From: an uncultured virus (IMG/VR IMGVR_UViG_3300032213_002933)
Taxonomy: Duplodnaviria; Heunggongvirae; Uroviricota; Caudoviricetes
Virus record (IMG/VR): IMGVR_UViG_3300032213_002933
Reading direction: 5' to 3' (one strand)
DNA length: 64,000 bases
The notes under the pieces are model-generated. The model had not been told where the DNA came from. It did not search any database and was given only the letters and a program-made list of their open reading frames with translations. Below, piece after piece: positions 25,888 through 35,608 of the stretch (position 1 is the first letter of the stretch; every line of letters begins with the position of its first letter). A program made the translations under genes and the position numbers.

Positions 25888-27082
25888 GTTCACCTCCTTT
25901 GCTGAGAGCTGCGTACGCAAATCTGATCGGAGATGGAGCAGATTGCTCTTGAGTTTCCATAAATTTATCCCCTACTTTTACCCATTTATTTCTCTTATCT
26001 AAAGAGCATTGGCCGCATCCTACTCCGGCTGCATTTGCTCTTTCGCAAGTATAGGGTCTTCCACCAATTCCTAAGTTTCTTCTCTTGACCCAATCATTAA
26101 TGTGGCTATTAGTTTTCTCCACATTATAATCGTCACAGTTACTCAGTATACCGTGCAAGAATTCAATAGACTCTTGATTGTAGGTTAGGATTGAGCACAG
26201 GAACAGTCTAGCCTCATGCTCTAAATACTTACTGTCAATAGCCTGTTGCCATAATCTTTTAATGGCAGAGCAGCTTTCCAGTAATCTTTTTGGGGTAAAA
26301 TCTTTTTCTTTTTCTTCTACTGTCTTAAAGGCTGATGACCCATGCCTATTGAAGTATCCAATAAAATCCTTAGATCTTTCTTTATCTATTTCTAAGTTAT
26401 ATGTAAACTCTCTAAACCATTCATTTGCTTTAGCGTTAAAGGACTGTTCTTCTATTTTATTTTCGGATTGATCCTTACAGTACTCTAATATGTCTGCAAT
26501 TCCCTTATTTAATATCTGGAGTGGAATTATGTTTTTATAAAGACCAGTGTCTTGATGTTGACTTCCCTGTAGTCTCCACATTCTTCTTGCGTCATATACG
26601 CTAAAGTCCAAAGAGGTAAGGCTAAGCTTTTCCTTTAGGGAAGTGGCAATGAATCTAAATATGTTTGGAAGATTATTAGATGGACTTATGCCCAGAGTGA
26701 CAGCTTCGCATTCGATGTGAAATCCTTTTTTGCCCGTAAAGTAAACTATTATGGCAGATTGCGGAATATACTGCAATAGGTATTCATATAACTTCATACA
26801 CTCTACGTAAGATATTTCTTGGTCTTTATTATCAATGTCAAAGTATAAAGACCCTAGTCTAACCGCCTCTTCTAGATCCTGAGAATTATAGGACCAGACA
26901 GATGTATAGAGTCCAGTGTTTTTATTCTCTGCTCTAAAAGACTCGATATCATTAACGTCTATGAGGACTGGTTTATCGCCATTCTTAGAACGTATTACTC
27001 TAGAAAGAGAAGGTACATATCTAGCTATCTCTACATACTTCCAAGAAGACAAATATTTAGAATCATCATCTGGTATTCTCAT
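25871..27082 (-). CDS. Archaeo-eukaryotic-type primase with fused PriL-like (putative 4Fe-4S) C-terminal domain
   Basis: YFDID, FTGKKGFH, LDFSVY..RRMWR; C-terminal C...HEAR.FL...PYTC......CGQC. Confidence 0.78.
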   Translation of the reverse strand: MRIPDDDSKYLSSWKYVEIARYVPSLSRVIRSKNGDKPVLIDVNDIESFRAENKNTGLYTSVWSYNSQDLEEAVRLGSLYFDIDNKDQEISYVECMKLYEYLLQYIPQSAIIVYFTGKKGFHIECEAVTLGISPSNNLPNIFRFIATSLKEKLSLTSLDFSVYDARRMWRLQGSQHQDTGLYKNIIPLQILNKGIADILEYCKDQSENKIEEQSFNAKANEWFREFTYNLEIDKERSKDFIGYFNRHGSSAFKTVEEKEKDFTPKRLLESCSAIKRLWQQAIDSKYLEHEARLFLCSILTYNQESIEFLHGILSNCDDYNVEKTNSHINDWVKRRNLGIGGRPYTCERANAAGVGCGQCSLDKRNKWVKVGDKFMETQEQSAPSPIRFAYAALSKGGEHGREQ

Positions 27083-27264
27083 AGTATTTTAGCCTTACCT
27101 TCTTCACAGTTAATATCAATTGTGGCTATTTTTTCTTCTACAATACTGCCAGAATGTGATCTATAGTAAATGGACTCTTTTATTATATCATCTAGGTGCG
27201 ACAGAATAAACATCCTATTAACTATTCTCACTTGCTTATTTCGAAGACTTTCTCCACTGTTCAT
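27079..27264 (-). CDS. Hypothetical protein
   Basis: Short ORF bridging the HD and primase genes; start uncertain. Confidence 0.45.
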   Translation of the reverse strand: MNSGESLRNKQVRIVNRMFILSHLDDIIKESIYYRSHSGSIVEEKIATIDINCEEGKAKIL

Positions 27265-27910
27265 TCATTAACTCGCTATCTTCAATAACTTTGTGAATTT
27301 TACTTGCAACGTTGTCTGCTATATGAACAATATAATCCATATATGTTATTGGGCAGGTCTCTGGAACTGGAGACCAGGGACCAAGGTGACATCTTATCAG
27401 GCGCAATATAGTTTGAGCCACATCTTCTGATATAAATAGACTAGTAGATTGGGAGTCATTTCCGTACTCCTTATCATGCATCTGGCATTTAGATATAAAA
27501 TTACCTACTGTATAGGGGTGCATTGGATCATAATTAAATGAGGTTAAATCTTCAGAGGCAATGCCTTTTGTTATATCATGAAGTATACACGCGGCGATAA
27601 TTATATCTCTCTCATCTTCCGACAATGAATAGGAGTCACACATTATCGAGGCGACTCTGACCACACGCTTAGTGTGAAGAACATTGCCTCCGGCATTGTG
27701 TTCATCCGGCGGATGATATTTTCCAGAAAAACTAGATGGTATATTCCAGAAAATCTCTGCCTTAAGTAAAATTGATCTAACGAAAGATGCTATTGAGTCA
27801 TCATTGATAAGATTAATTTCGCTTAAAAGTTCAGATAAAATTTCATTCTCATTTGAGATGATATCACTCTTATCTTCTTTTAGTATTTCATCTAATATAT
27901 TCTTAGCCAT
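27236..27910 (-). CDS. HD-domain phosphohydrolase
   Basis: SGKYHP...GGNVLHTKRV, ILHDITK, HLGPW, HIAD. Confidence 0.85.
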   Translation of the reverse strand: MAKNILDEILKEDKSDIISNENEILSELLSEINLINDDSIASFVRSILLKAEIFWNIPSSFSGKYHPPDEHNAGGNVLHTKRVVRVASIMCDSYSLSEDERDIIIAACILHDITKGIASEDLTSFNYDPMHPYTVGNFISKCQMHDKEYGNDSQSTSLFISEDVAQTILRLIRCHLGPWSPVPETCPITYMDYIVHIADNVASKIHKVIEDSELMNEQWRKSSK

Positions 27911-28686
27911 TACTTCCATCCATTCCATTTTGAGCAAGGAGCATCGAATGGACACTTCTTGCAGTATTGTGTCAAGCCTCTTCTGGGGACAAAAACTTCT
28001 TTAGATTCTATGGCGTCGCACCAGTATTCTATTGAGTCTATATCTTGCTGAGTTATCTCATATTCATTAAATGACAAGTTGTTAGACAATAAATCTATAT
28101 ATCCAAATTTGGTATTTTTTATTTTAGCTGGATGCAAATTCTTAAATGCAAGATACATGGCCGCAAAATCCATTTGATATATGTGTCGATAATTATTTTT
28201 ATAGTTAAACATTAATTTAACTACATAATTTTCATTATCTTTTCTATATATGACATCAAATTTATCTTCTATTCTGGTGCCGTTATTGACTGTAATGATA
28301 TAGTCATCATAGATAGATAAGGGTATCACATCCATTTGGCTATATGTTTCATGAAACCTTAATAGTAACCCAGCTGCCTGCGTTGTAAGGCTCGCTGCAT
28401 TGCCGTAGGCGCTTTCATGCTTTTCCGTAGTTATGTCATAGTGACTAGTATCTTTTGGAAACCAAATTTTTTCCCATCTATTTAATAGAGAGGCGTATGA
28501 CGGGGTGATGCCACCTTGTTTTTTAAACCAGAAAAAATGTATAATGCTTTTTATTGTTGCTTCAAATCTAGAAGTATATATATCTCTAGAGTAAATAGTT
28601 TCTGGAAGCTTTTCTACATACCTATAATCATATAGTCTTTCGCATGTCTGGAAATCTTTAATTGAATTCACATTAAGGTTGATCAT
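27910..28686 (-). CDS. PD-(D/E)XK/Cas4-like fold protein, probably catalytically degenerate
   Basis: Keeps FQTCER and YCKKCPFDAPC cysteines but lacks the D-x-K motif (KFDVI...VVKLMF). Confidence 0.6.
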   Translation of the reverse strand: MINLNVNSIKDFQTCERLYDYRYVEKLPETIYSRDIYTSRFEATIKSIIHFFWFKKQGGITPSYASLLNRWEKIWFPKDTSHYDITTEKHESAYGNAASLTTQAAGLLLRFHETYSQMDVIPLSIYDDYIITVNNGTRIEDKFDVIYRKDNENYVVKLMFNYKNNYRHIYQMDFAAMYLAFKNLHPAKIKNTKFGYIDLLSNNLSFNEYEITQQDIDSIEYWCDAIESKEVFVPRRGLTQYCKKCPFDAPCSKWNGWK

Positions 28687-30149
28687 TAATCAAATCCTTC
28701 TCCACTTAATAGGTTTTGTAAGTCTGTTTCATCAGAATATGAATTCTTAGAAACATGTTCATATTCTTCATATATTTTCTTTTCATCATTATATCTAACT
28801 AAAGGTGGATCATACATGAATGCTGAGCCAGTAATTCTATTCTTAGGTATTTGAAGCTGCATTACGTGTTCGTCTTCAGTTTCATCACTTGACGCCAAAC
28901 GTTTTTCCGTAATGAAAATCGTTACTGCACACTTTTGCTGAATAGCAAGGGATCCGCCTGTATCAGATTGCTGAACGACTTCTCTTTTTTCTTTCATTCT
29001 ATTTGAGTTTTCCTGCGCTGTAATAATTAGTGCACAGTTCATATCTCTAGCTAGCTTTTCTAGGCGCACCATCATCTCTTCAAATTCACCCCAACGTGGT
29101 TTACCTTTTCCTGCACCTCTGGTAAACATGGATTGTATTGTGTCAATAATCAAAACATCTGGAATTTTATCTCCATGGCCTATTAAATCTCTTAACCATA
29201 ATTCAAGGTCTTCAAAGTAGGGCGTGTCCGGATCATGGCGAACCATTAAGCGATCTCCCCATTCCTCAAGCTTAGCCTTAAACTGATTTAAGTACCCCTG
29301 CTTTTCGGTCTCAGTCCACTTATCTGATTCTGAATAAACGTTTTTGCCAATAATTTGAGTCATAAGGATTCTCTCCCAATGGCCAGTAGCTTCTTCAAAG
29401 TTTACGAAAAGAACCCTATGCCCAGTATCCAGCCAATGATTTGCTAGGCACTTTGCGAAGGTACTTTTGCCCTTGCCAGAGGCAGCTATGATCGCGTGTA
29501 CGGCGCCCTTAAAGAACCCTCCTTCGTCAGTGTACCCCATTGCTCTATTGAGTGATTTAAACTGGGTAGACATAAAGTTGGGAATGTCCAAAAGGCCATC
29601 AACTCTTGCCAGAATATCATTGGCGGTTGTTAATTTATCTAATGGATTATATTTAATTGAGCTTTCTAGTTCCTTAATCTGAGATGTAACTTCGGAAATT
29701 CTATCTACATCTTCTATTGACTTTAGGCCCTTTTTATTCAAAAGCAGTTGAAGCTCGTGTAAGTAATTAATTTGCTTACGTTTATTTGCCTTATGCTTGA
29801 GCAGTTCTAAAACGGATTCTCTACTGGGAGTATCGACACCCAAAATATAGTCCAGCATAATTGATATGCCAGCACCGCCGCCTAGGGCAGAGTAGATATC
29901 TGTTTCACTTTCTAACCAAGACTTAAAGGCTATTGGATTAACTATGTCTAAGTTAGTGGCCCTATGAAAAGATAGTAAAGCTTCATAAAATTCATGAGTT
30001 CCTTTTTCGCCATGTATTAATCCAACTATATCCGTAGGTAAGTTGTCATTAAAAAAGGATATTGCCCCATGCTCTTTTAGGCATAGGGCAAAGGCCTGAT
30101 ACTCTAACGGTGAATTTTCTGACTCAGAGATTTCTTCTATTGTCATCAA
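28686..30149 (-). CDS. dnaB: DnaB-like (SF4) replicative helicase
   Basis: AASGKGKST Walker A, LIIDTIQ Walker B, ITAQ.N, KNR. Confidence 0.85.
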   Translation of the reverse strand: MMTIEEISESENSPLEYQAFALCLKEHGAISFFNDNLPTDIVGLIHGEKGTHEFYEALLSFHRATNLDIVNPIAFKSWLESETDIYSALGGGAGISIMLDYILGVDTPSRESVLELLKHKANKRKQINYLHELQLLLNKKGLKSIEDVDRISEVTSQIKELESSIKYNPLDKLTTANDILARVDGLLDIPNFMSTQFKSLNRAMGYTDEGGFFKGAVHAIIAASGKGKSTFAKCLANHWLDTGHRVLFVNFEEATGHWERILMTQIIGKNVYSESDKWTETEKQGYLNQFKAKLEEWGDRLMVRHDPDTPYFEDLELWLRDLIGHGDKIPDVLIIDTIQSMFTRGAGKGKPRWGEFEEMMVRLEKLARDMNCALIITAQENSNRMKEKREVVQQSDTGGSLAIQQKCAVTIFITEKRLASSDETEDEHVMQLQIPKNRITGSAFMYDPPLVRYNDEKKIYEEYEHVSKNSYSDETDLQNLLSGEGFD

Positions 30150-30780
30150 TTTTAGAACCTTTTATTTTTCTGTATAGACTTTTTCTATACTCAGAGTTTT
30201 TCTTTTTTGCTTCGTTGTAGAATGGGTTGTCTGTAAGTGATTTTTTTTGCTTCTTATCAGAGATATAATCGCTGGATCTAATGGCCTCTAGCATTCTATT
30301 ATACACGCTGTCTTCAGTTAGGGAGTCATTATAGCGAAAAACTATTAGGGCAATACCATTATCTTTGCAGTATTGAACTTTCTTTTCATCTCTTTTTTGA
30401 GCTTCTTCAAACTCATATTTAGATTCAAAAAATCTACTAGTGTAAAAAAAATGTTGACGTCCGTGATATTCTGCCGCAAGCTTATAAGAAGGACAATAAA
30501 CGTCAAATCTTAATCTATCATCAATGTGATACTCATTTACTATTTCTTCACCTGGAAGAATCTTTTGCATGATCTGAGTTAGAGCTGTTTGACCTCTAGA
30601 CATTTTTTTTCTAGATTCTTTTAACCAAGATAAACCTAATTGATTTATTTTTTTGTTGACTTCATTAACTGAAACGTCTAACTGTCTAGCTATTGCACTA
30701 ATCGATGAATTTGTTTCTAGCAAGAGATCGATCAAAAACTGTACATCATCTTCTTCTAGTTTATTTTTTTTATCTTTCAT
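30124..30780 (-). CDS. HTH plus Vsr/DUF559-like endonuclease
   Basis: SISAIARQLDVS HTH; LRFDVY...AAEYHGRQHF...RDEKK..YC. Confidence 0.75.
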   Translation of the reverse strand: MKDKKNKLEEDDVQFLIDLLLETNSSISAIARQLDVSVNEVNKKINQLGLSWLKESRKKMSRGQTALTQIMQKILPGEEIVNEYHIDDRLRFDVYCPSYKLAAEYHGRQHFFYTSRFFESKYEFEEAQKRDEKKVQYCKDNGIALIVFRYNDSLTEDSVYNRMLEAIRSSDYISDKKQKKSLTDNPFYNEAKKKNSEYRKSLYRKIKGSKIDDNRRNL

Positions 30781-31418
30781 GCTACTGGCTGAGGATATGT
30801 AACCTTACTCAAACTAAGTGTTTTACCAAAATCTATGGTCGACATATTTAAGTTTTCCCATACCTTAGACATTAAGGCTAGCCCCAATACTCCACAGTCC
30901 ATAATGCAATAGTCGACTCCGCCTTCAAACTCTGCGAGTTGCGCATATATGTTATCAATCTTTTCATAATAATTAGTATATGCTACGTTGATAATATGAG
31001 TATTGTTTCCAAAGTGTTTTTGAATTATCTTCTTATCATGAAAAGTAATAACAACACTAGGAGTATTCTTAATGTAGTAATTAACTGTTGAATTATATAT
31101 CTCTTTATTATTCATGTAATAATACTCAAAGATATTAGAGTAGTAATACTCTCCGTTTTTATGAAGACCTATTTTGTAATGCTTACCATCTTCAATATCA
31201 GATACTAGCGAATGCGAGATTGCTTTCATTACATTTGGATCTGTATTTTTCAATGATGAGACTACGCTTTTTGCAAAATGACTTGGAAAAGAATTATCCG
31301 AGTTTTTACTTAGCGCAATTATTGCTGATTTTGGAACATTGATGTATGAAAATTTTTTCTTCTTTTCCATAGCAGATGTTACGTTGATGATGGACTGTGT
31401 TTGATTTAAAAATGTCAT
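30777..31418 (-). CDS. GT-D-fold (DUF1792-like) glycosyltransferase-like protein
   Basis: C-terminal CGVLGLAL...STIDFGK matches the GT-D C-terminal motif. Confidence 0.5.
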   Translation of the reverse strand: MTFLNQTQSIINVTSAMEKKKKFSYINVPKSAIIALSKNSDNSFPSHFAKSVVSSLKNTDPNVMKAISHSLVSDIEDGKHYKIGLHKNGEYYYSNIFEYYYMNNKEIYNSTVNYYIKNTPSVVITFHDKKIIQKHFGNNTHIINVAYTNYYEKIDNIYAQLAEFEGGVDYCIMDCGVLGLALMSKVWENLNMSTIDFGKTLSLSKVTYPQPVA

Positions 31419-31427
31419 ATTTTCCTA

Positions 31428-32120
31428 TTAAATTCCAAATGTTTCCCAGTCGATTAAGACTGGGTTAGTGTCCAATATTGAGTTGATATGGCTAAGATTA
31501 TGAAACTCTCCACCATCTATTTCTGTATATCTTTCATGCTTTATTTGCTTATCTTGATCTAAAATGTACCCTAGATGTTGCATTACCAGTTTAGAGTCTT
31601 TCCAAAAGTTACCTTGTCTCATCCAGTCAGCTACATAAGTAGGTTCTGAACCGCAAGCCAATTTTCTATTTGCAAATCCGCCACCCTCTAAAAATCTAAA
31701 AATTCTAGAACTATTATTTGGCGCCCAAAGCTTATCTACTCTATATTGATTTTCGTTCCACATATGATAAAATCTTACATTGACTACATCTTGTGGAGAT
31801 TGACCTAGTACTGTTCTAATGTCAATATTTTCTAAGTGAAAAAGCTTTTCATCACAGTCGATTGCAATGATCCAGTCACCTTTTTTGGCAAACTTTTCCA
31901 TATTACCCCAGGCGTATGCTCTAAGCTTAGCTTCGTGAACCTTAAATAGTGGCTCTGGCGACTGAAAAACTTCTGCGTACTTTGCTGCTATTTCAGGAGT
32001 ATTGTCAGTGGAGCAATCGTCTGTAAATATAATTTTATCAACTTGACTACTAAGTTTTTGAAGAACATCTTCTAAGAATCTAGAAGACTCATTGCGGCCT
32101 ATCATTTGTGCGTAAATCAT
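31428..32120 (-). CDS. Glycosyltransferase family 2
   Basis: GRNE, DDCSTDNT, WIIAIDCDE, HLGY. Start taken at MIYAQM, just after the terminator. Confidence 0.85.
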   Translation of the reverse strand: MIYAQMIGRNESSRFLEDVLQKLSSQVDKIIFTDDCSTDNTPEIAAKYAEVFQSPEPLFKVHEAKLRAYAWGNMEKFAKKGDWIIAIDCDEKLFHLENIDIRTVLGQSPQDVVNVRFYHMWNENQYRVDKLWAPNNSSRIFRFLEGGGFANRKLACGSEPTYVADWMRQGNFWKDSKLVMQHLGYILDQDKQIKHERYTEIDGGEFHNLSHINSILDTNPVLIDWETFGI

Positions 32121-32135
32121 TATTGTCCTAAGGGT

Positions 32136-32171
32136 AAAAAAGATTGAGGGGAGGATCTCTCCCCTCAATCT
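32136..32171 (-). terminator. Intrinsic terminator
   Basis: Perfect 13-bp stem AGATTGAGGGGAG/CTCCCCTCAATCT followed by T5 on the minus strand. Confidence 0.85.
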
Positions 32172-32197
32172 ATATTGAATAAGATACGAAGACTATA

Positions 32198-32392
32198 TCA
32201 GTTAACTAGTTGTTCGCGAGCTTCAATAGCAGAAATTCGCTCGATCTCTACATCGCTGCAGATGAGTTCTCCGGAAATACCAGAAGTACGACGACCGTTG
32301 CTCATTGCAATTTTTTGAGCTTCAGCCTTATTGTTTGCCTTGACTACTGATGTTGTTGTTACTGTGAAATACTTGAACTTATTTTCTGACAT
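32198..32392 (-). CDS. Hypothetical protein
   Basis: AAAGGA ribosome-binding site; within the operon. Confidence 0.65.
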   Translation of the reverse strand: MSENKFKYFTVTTTSVVKANNKAEAQKIAMSNGRRTSGISGELICSDVEIERISAIEAREQLVN

Positions 32393-32408
32393 TTTAGTCC
32401 TTTCTAGA

Positions 32409-32813
32409 CTAATTTGATGGATAATTGACTGCGATATATTCTATCGCATCTTGCATTGATGGTGCAAGCTTTGTTGCCATGTATTTTAGATAGACTCTAT
32501 TCTTATTGGAGTCACAGCAAAAAACTACTGCTGGTTGATTATTGAATTTAGCCCAAGCTAACTCAAAGTCAGTACCTATATACGCGCGATCTTGTAACAT
32601 ATATTCTACCAGAATGATATCTGCTCTGCGTTGCATGAACAAATTTTTCTCAACAATTTCTTCTGGTTCTTGATAGCCTACATCTACAATACTAGTTGGA
32701 TCCAATACGTCGTAGCCTGCAAGGTGTAATCCTTTTGTTGCGGACTTGCGCCAAAAGCGACCATACTCTTCAACGCCCTCAATTGCTCCGGAAAGAAATA
32801 CTTTTATAGCCAT
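32409..32813 (-). CDS. Nucleoside 2'-deoxyribosyltransferase / nucleotide N-glycosidase family
   Basis: VFLSGAI, WR, LDP, ADIILV, GTDFELAWA. Confidence 0.8.
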   Translation of the reverse strand: MAIKVFLSGAIEGVEEYGRFWRKSATKGLHLAGYDVLDPTSIVDVGYQEPEEIVEKNLFMQRRADIILVEYMLQDRAYIGTDFELAWAKFNNQPAVVFCCDSNKNRVYLKYMATKLAPSMQDAIEYIAVNYPSN

Positions 32814-33751
32814 TATATAATCTCCAATTCATCATCATCATAGTGTAAATTTTTATTCATAATATAATTGTCATATGGTATATTGTACAATTTTGTCAAT
32901 AGGCCTGAGTATAGTTTCTCACCACTGTCCACATCTATTCCCACAAGGTTGTGCCCATCAGATTTTTTTTTGGCTATTTCAAGCCATTCTTTTTCTCCAT
33001 ACTTATTTTGACCATTATACCATTTCTGATGACCACGCTCAACGCTATGCTTTATGTACATTCTAACTAAAAATTTATTACCATTTTTTACGGTGTTCAC
33101 CGAATGGAAGTAGGGTTCACCGCCAGGATAAAGTGGAGATCCAGATGGAAAAACAACTATTTCTCCTGCTTTTGGTTTATATGGAATTACCTTATCTTTT
33201 ACTAGGAATACAATTTCTCCACCGTCATAATTATCGTTTATGTATGTTGTAGCTGTAATTAAAAACTTTTCTCCTGGCCAATACCATTCCCCAATGCCAT
33301 AGTCTGTATGGTAATTCATTGACTTTTTTAGACCACTAGCTACATCTACACCTGCTTCATATCTAGCTATATTTTGATCTGTTATATATGAATCTTCTGG
33401 TAACTTTACATTATTTAATGCTATATAATGAGAGATGGCTGAAGTGACACCCTGATTTATGCGCATACTTAAAACTGCTTCATTAACAATGGTTTGAGAA
33501 TCGTAATCACTTTTTAAAGAAACTGTTTTTATAATATTTTTAATTGCAGAATCCGCGAATCTTGAATGACAATATTTTCCAAATATAAACCAATCTGTCC
33601 ATTTACTTAAAAATGATTCATCTAAAGAACTTTCTTCAGAGTCCTGCATTATGCCATGCAGATTTTCATGGTCAGGAAATAGATTATGATACACAAAAAT
33701 TTTTGGATATATTTCTGTATATTCTAAATTAATTGTATTAAAGTGTGTCAT
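32813..33751 (-). CDS. 2OG-Fe(II) oxygenase, P4H-like
   Basis: YHTD, YINDNYDGGEI, KPKAGEIVVFPS, FHSV..V..G.K. Confidence 0.85.
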   Translation of the reverse strand: MTHFNTINLEYTEIYPKIFVYHNLFPDHENLHGIMQDSEESSLDESFLSKWTDWFIFGKYCHSRFADSAIKNIIKTVSLKSDYDSQTIVNEAVLSMRINQGVTSAISHYIALNNVKLPEDSYITDQNIARYEAGVDVASGLKKSMNYHTDYGIGEWYWPGEKFLITATTYINDNYDGGEIVFLVKDKVIPYKPKAGEIVVFPSGSPLYPGGEPYFHSVNTVKNGNKFLVRMYIKHSVERGHQKWYNGQNKYGEKEWLEIAKKKSDGHNLVGIDVDSGEKLYSGLLTKLYNIPYDNYIMNKNLHYDDDELEII

Positions 33752-34158
33752 AATTTATTTGGCCAATAATATTCTAAATCATTTGGTTCATCAAAATATT
33801 GTGAATAATATCCAAAGTCTTTACGAAGAAGATTTGATCTATGAGATCTATGAAATTCTTCATTGCCAAACCAAAATGGCATAACTGCTGAGTTTGGTTC
33901 TATTTCTTCATAGGACATATTATTATTATATCCTCTACGAACCCATTCTCTTATGGTTATATTTTGATAAAGTTTTAAGGCGGATTCGTAACCGGTCCAC
34001 ATTAAAGTAACGGGATGGTTGCGCCATCCTTTGGTTTGAGTTCTATTTAATAGAACATTCAAAACTTGGAAACTTTCTACACGTTGTTTTCCAAGGCGAC
34101 GATAATCCAATACTTCTACAGACTTTTGAAAATCTGCATATGGTAGAAATGTTTGCAC
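33748..34158 (-). CDS. MSMEG_6728 / pyrimidine-dimer DNA glycosylase (endonuclease V)-like protein
   Basis: MQTFLPYADF...LD..RLGKQRVE, WRNHP...MW.GY, HRSHRSNLLRKD. Confidence 0.85.
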   Translation of the reverse strand: MQTFLPYADFQKSVEVLDYRRLGKQRVESFQVLNVLLNRTQTKGWRNHPVTLMWTGYESALKLYQNITIREWVRRGYNNNMSYEEIEPNSAVMPFWFGNEEFHRSHRSNLLRKDFGYYSQYFDEPNDLEYYWPNKL

Positions 34159-34159
34159 T

Positions 34160-34561
34160 TTAATCCTTTTTGAATTCGGTAAATGTTTTGTCGCCTACGC
34201 CAAAATATTCTCTAGCAAGACCAGATGCTATTATATCATCGTTTAGGCATTCTCCAACATTATTCCAAACTCTTCCAAGAATTCTGCCATACTTTTCATT
34301 CTTATCAAGGATTGTTTCAATCTTGATTTTATGACCAGCCTTGGTTAACCATTGGTCTGTAAATTCTTTAGCGGCTAAACCCATCTTTTTTTCTTCAAGA
34401 TTAGATGTTCTGCTTTCCGGCGTATTTACCCCATACAGCCTAATGCTTTTTGGGCCGAACTTAACTTCAAATCCCAAATCAACAACGACCTTAAGGGTAT
34501 CTCCGTCGACGACTTTGATGACTTCTGCATTGTAAAGGTACACATTAAATTTATCTGACAT
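34160..34561 (-). CDS. Thermonuclease (SNase-like)
   Basis: VVDGDT, IRLYGVNTPE, KYGRILG, LN...GLA. Confidence 0.9.
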   Translation of the reverse strand: MSDKFNVYLYNAEVIKVVDGDTLKVVVDLGFEVKFGPKSIRLYGVNTPESRTSNLEEKKMGLAAKEFTDQWLTKAGHKIKIETILDKNEKYGRILGRVWNNVGECLNDDIIASGLAREYFGVGDKTFTEFKKD

Positions 34562-34562
34562 A

Positions 34563-35354
34563 TTAATCTCTTTCTATTCCTATATAGTCGCACGCTTTGC
34601 GAAATATTGCTTGACTTTCTCTGAACTTAGAATCTGCTTCTCCACCAACTACGGAAGATTTATGCCAGCTATGACCAATGGAGACACTTCCATCATAAAC
34701 TACATTATACCCTAAGTGTCTTGCAAAGTATGAACACCAGGTCTCTTCGTAGTAATGAGGAGTGGGTAGGAATGCTCCAATTGCACCGGGATACATTTCT
34801 TGATACTTCGGATGACTTGTCAGCGCATTCCATACTTCTCTTCGTATAAAATATGCTGAACCTGAAACCGTTACACAATTGACTCTATCTCTATGTAGTG
34901 AGTCCTGAAGATCAAGTTCATGCCAACCGCGATGCTTAGGAGCGGTATTTGTACCGACAATTCCAGCATGCGTTATGTGTCCGCTTTCATTTCTTTGCTT
35001 CGGACCCAAGATATGAATGTCTGGATTTTCATCAAATATATTCTGGATTTCAACTAGACTAGAAGTGCTCATCCATACATCTGCATTTAATAAACAGATT
35101 ATATCTGCCGATCCTTTTGCAGCTAATTGATTACATGCTGCTGAGTAACCAATATTGCGATTATGATAAAATTCTTTAATTTTGTAACGTTGATAATTAT
35201 ACTTTAGCCATTCAACGCTATCATCTTGAGAGTCATTGTCTGCTATATAAAGGTTCCACACTTTAGGATTCTTGTGCGCATCGTTGTGCAAGCAATCTAG
35301 AAATCTATTTAGAAGTGGTCTTGTATTATAGTTAACTATACATAGATCTATCAA
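34563..35354 (-). CDS. Glycosyltransferase family 2 (WbbL/rhamnosyltransferase-like)
   Basis: IVNYN, DNDSQD, NIGYSAACN, LLNAD, VSGSAYFIRR, YYEET. Confidence 0.88.
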   Translation of the reverse strand: MIDLCIVNYNTRPLLNRFLDCLHNDAHKNPKVWNLYIADNDSQDDSVEWLKYNYQRYKIKEFYHNRNIGYSAACNQLAAKGSADIICLLNADVWMSTSSLVEIQNIFDENPDIHILGPKQRNESGHITHAGIVGTNTAPKHRGWHELDLQDSLHRDRVNCVTVSGSAYFIRREVWNALTSHPKYQEMYPGAIGAFLPTPHYYEETWCSYFARHLGYNVVYDGSVSIGHSWHKSSVVGGEADSKFRESQAIFRKACDYIGIERD

Positions 35355-35608
35355 TTTAATTCTCCATTAAAAGTGATTGACTCAAAAGCCATTTCCGGAC
35401 TCATTCCAAAATCAATTAAATTAAAAAATTCTTGTTCGATACTTTCTATTCTGTCTTCATTAAAAAATTCTTTAAACCTATTTAGATATTGATGTAAGGT
35501 TGGATTTTTTCTGTGTTCTTCTGACATTTTTTTTGACCTATTTTGACCTAATGTATATCCAATTGCAAGTAAATTAACAAAAAAAAATAACTTATTACCA
35601 CTCTTCAT
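35351..35608 (-). CDS. Hypothetical protein with N-terminal hydrophobic segment
   Basis: ORF within the operon; start uncertain. Confidence 0.55.
   Translation of the reverse strand: MKSGNKLFFFVNLLAIGYTLGQNRSKKMSEEHRKNPTLHQYLNRFKEFFNEDRIESIEQEFFNLIDFGMSPEMAFESITFNGELN

Noticed and set aside
27236..27910. HD protein as DatZ of a 2-aminoadenine (Z-genome) pathway
   Set aside because: No PurZ or MazZ homolog in the window, and the motifs are generic HD
32813..33751. TET/JBP-type DNA dioxygenase
   Set aside because: Motifs match the P4H-like family, and no cytosine methyltransferase is adjacent
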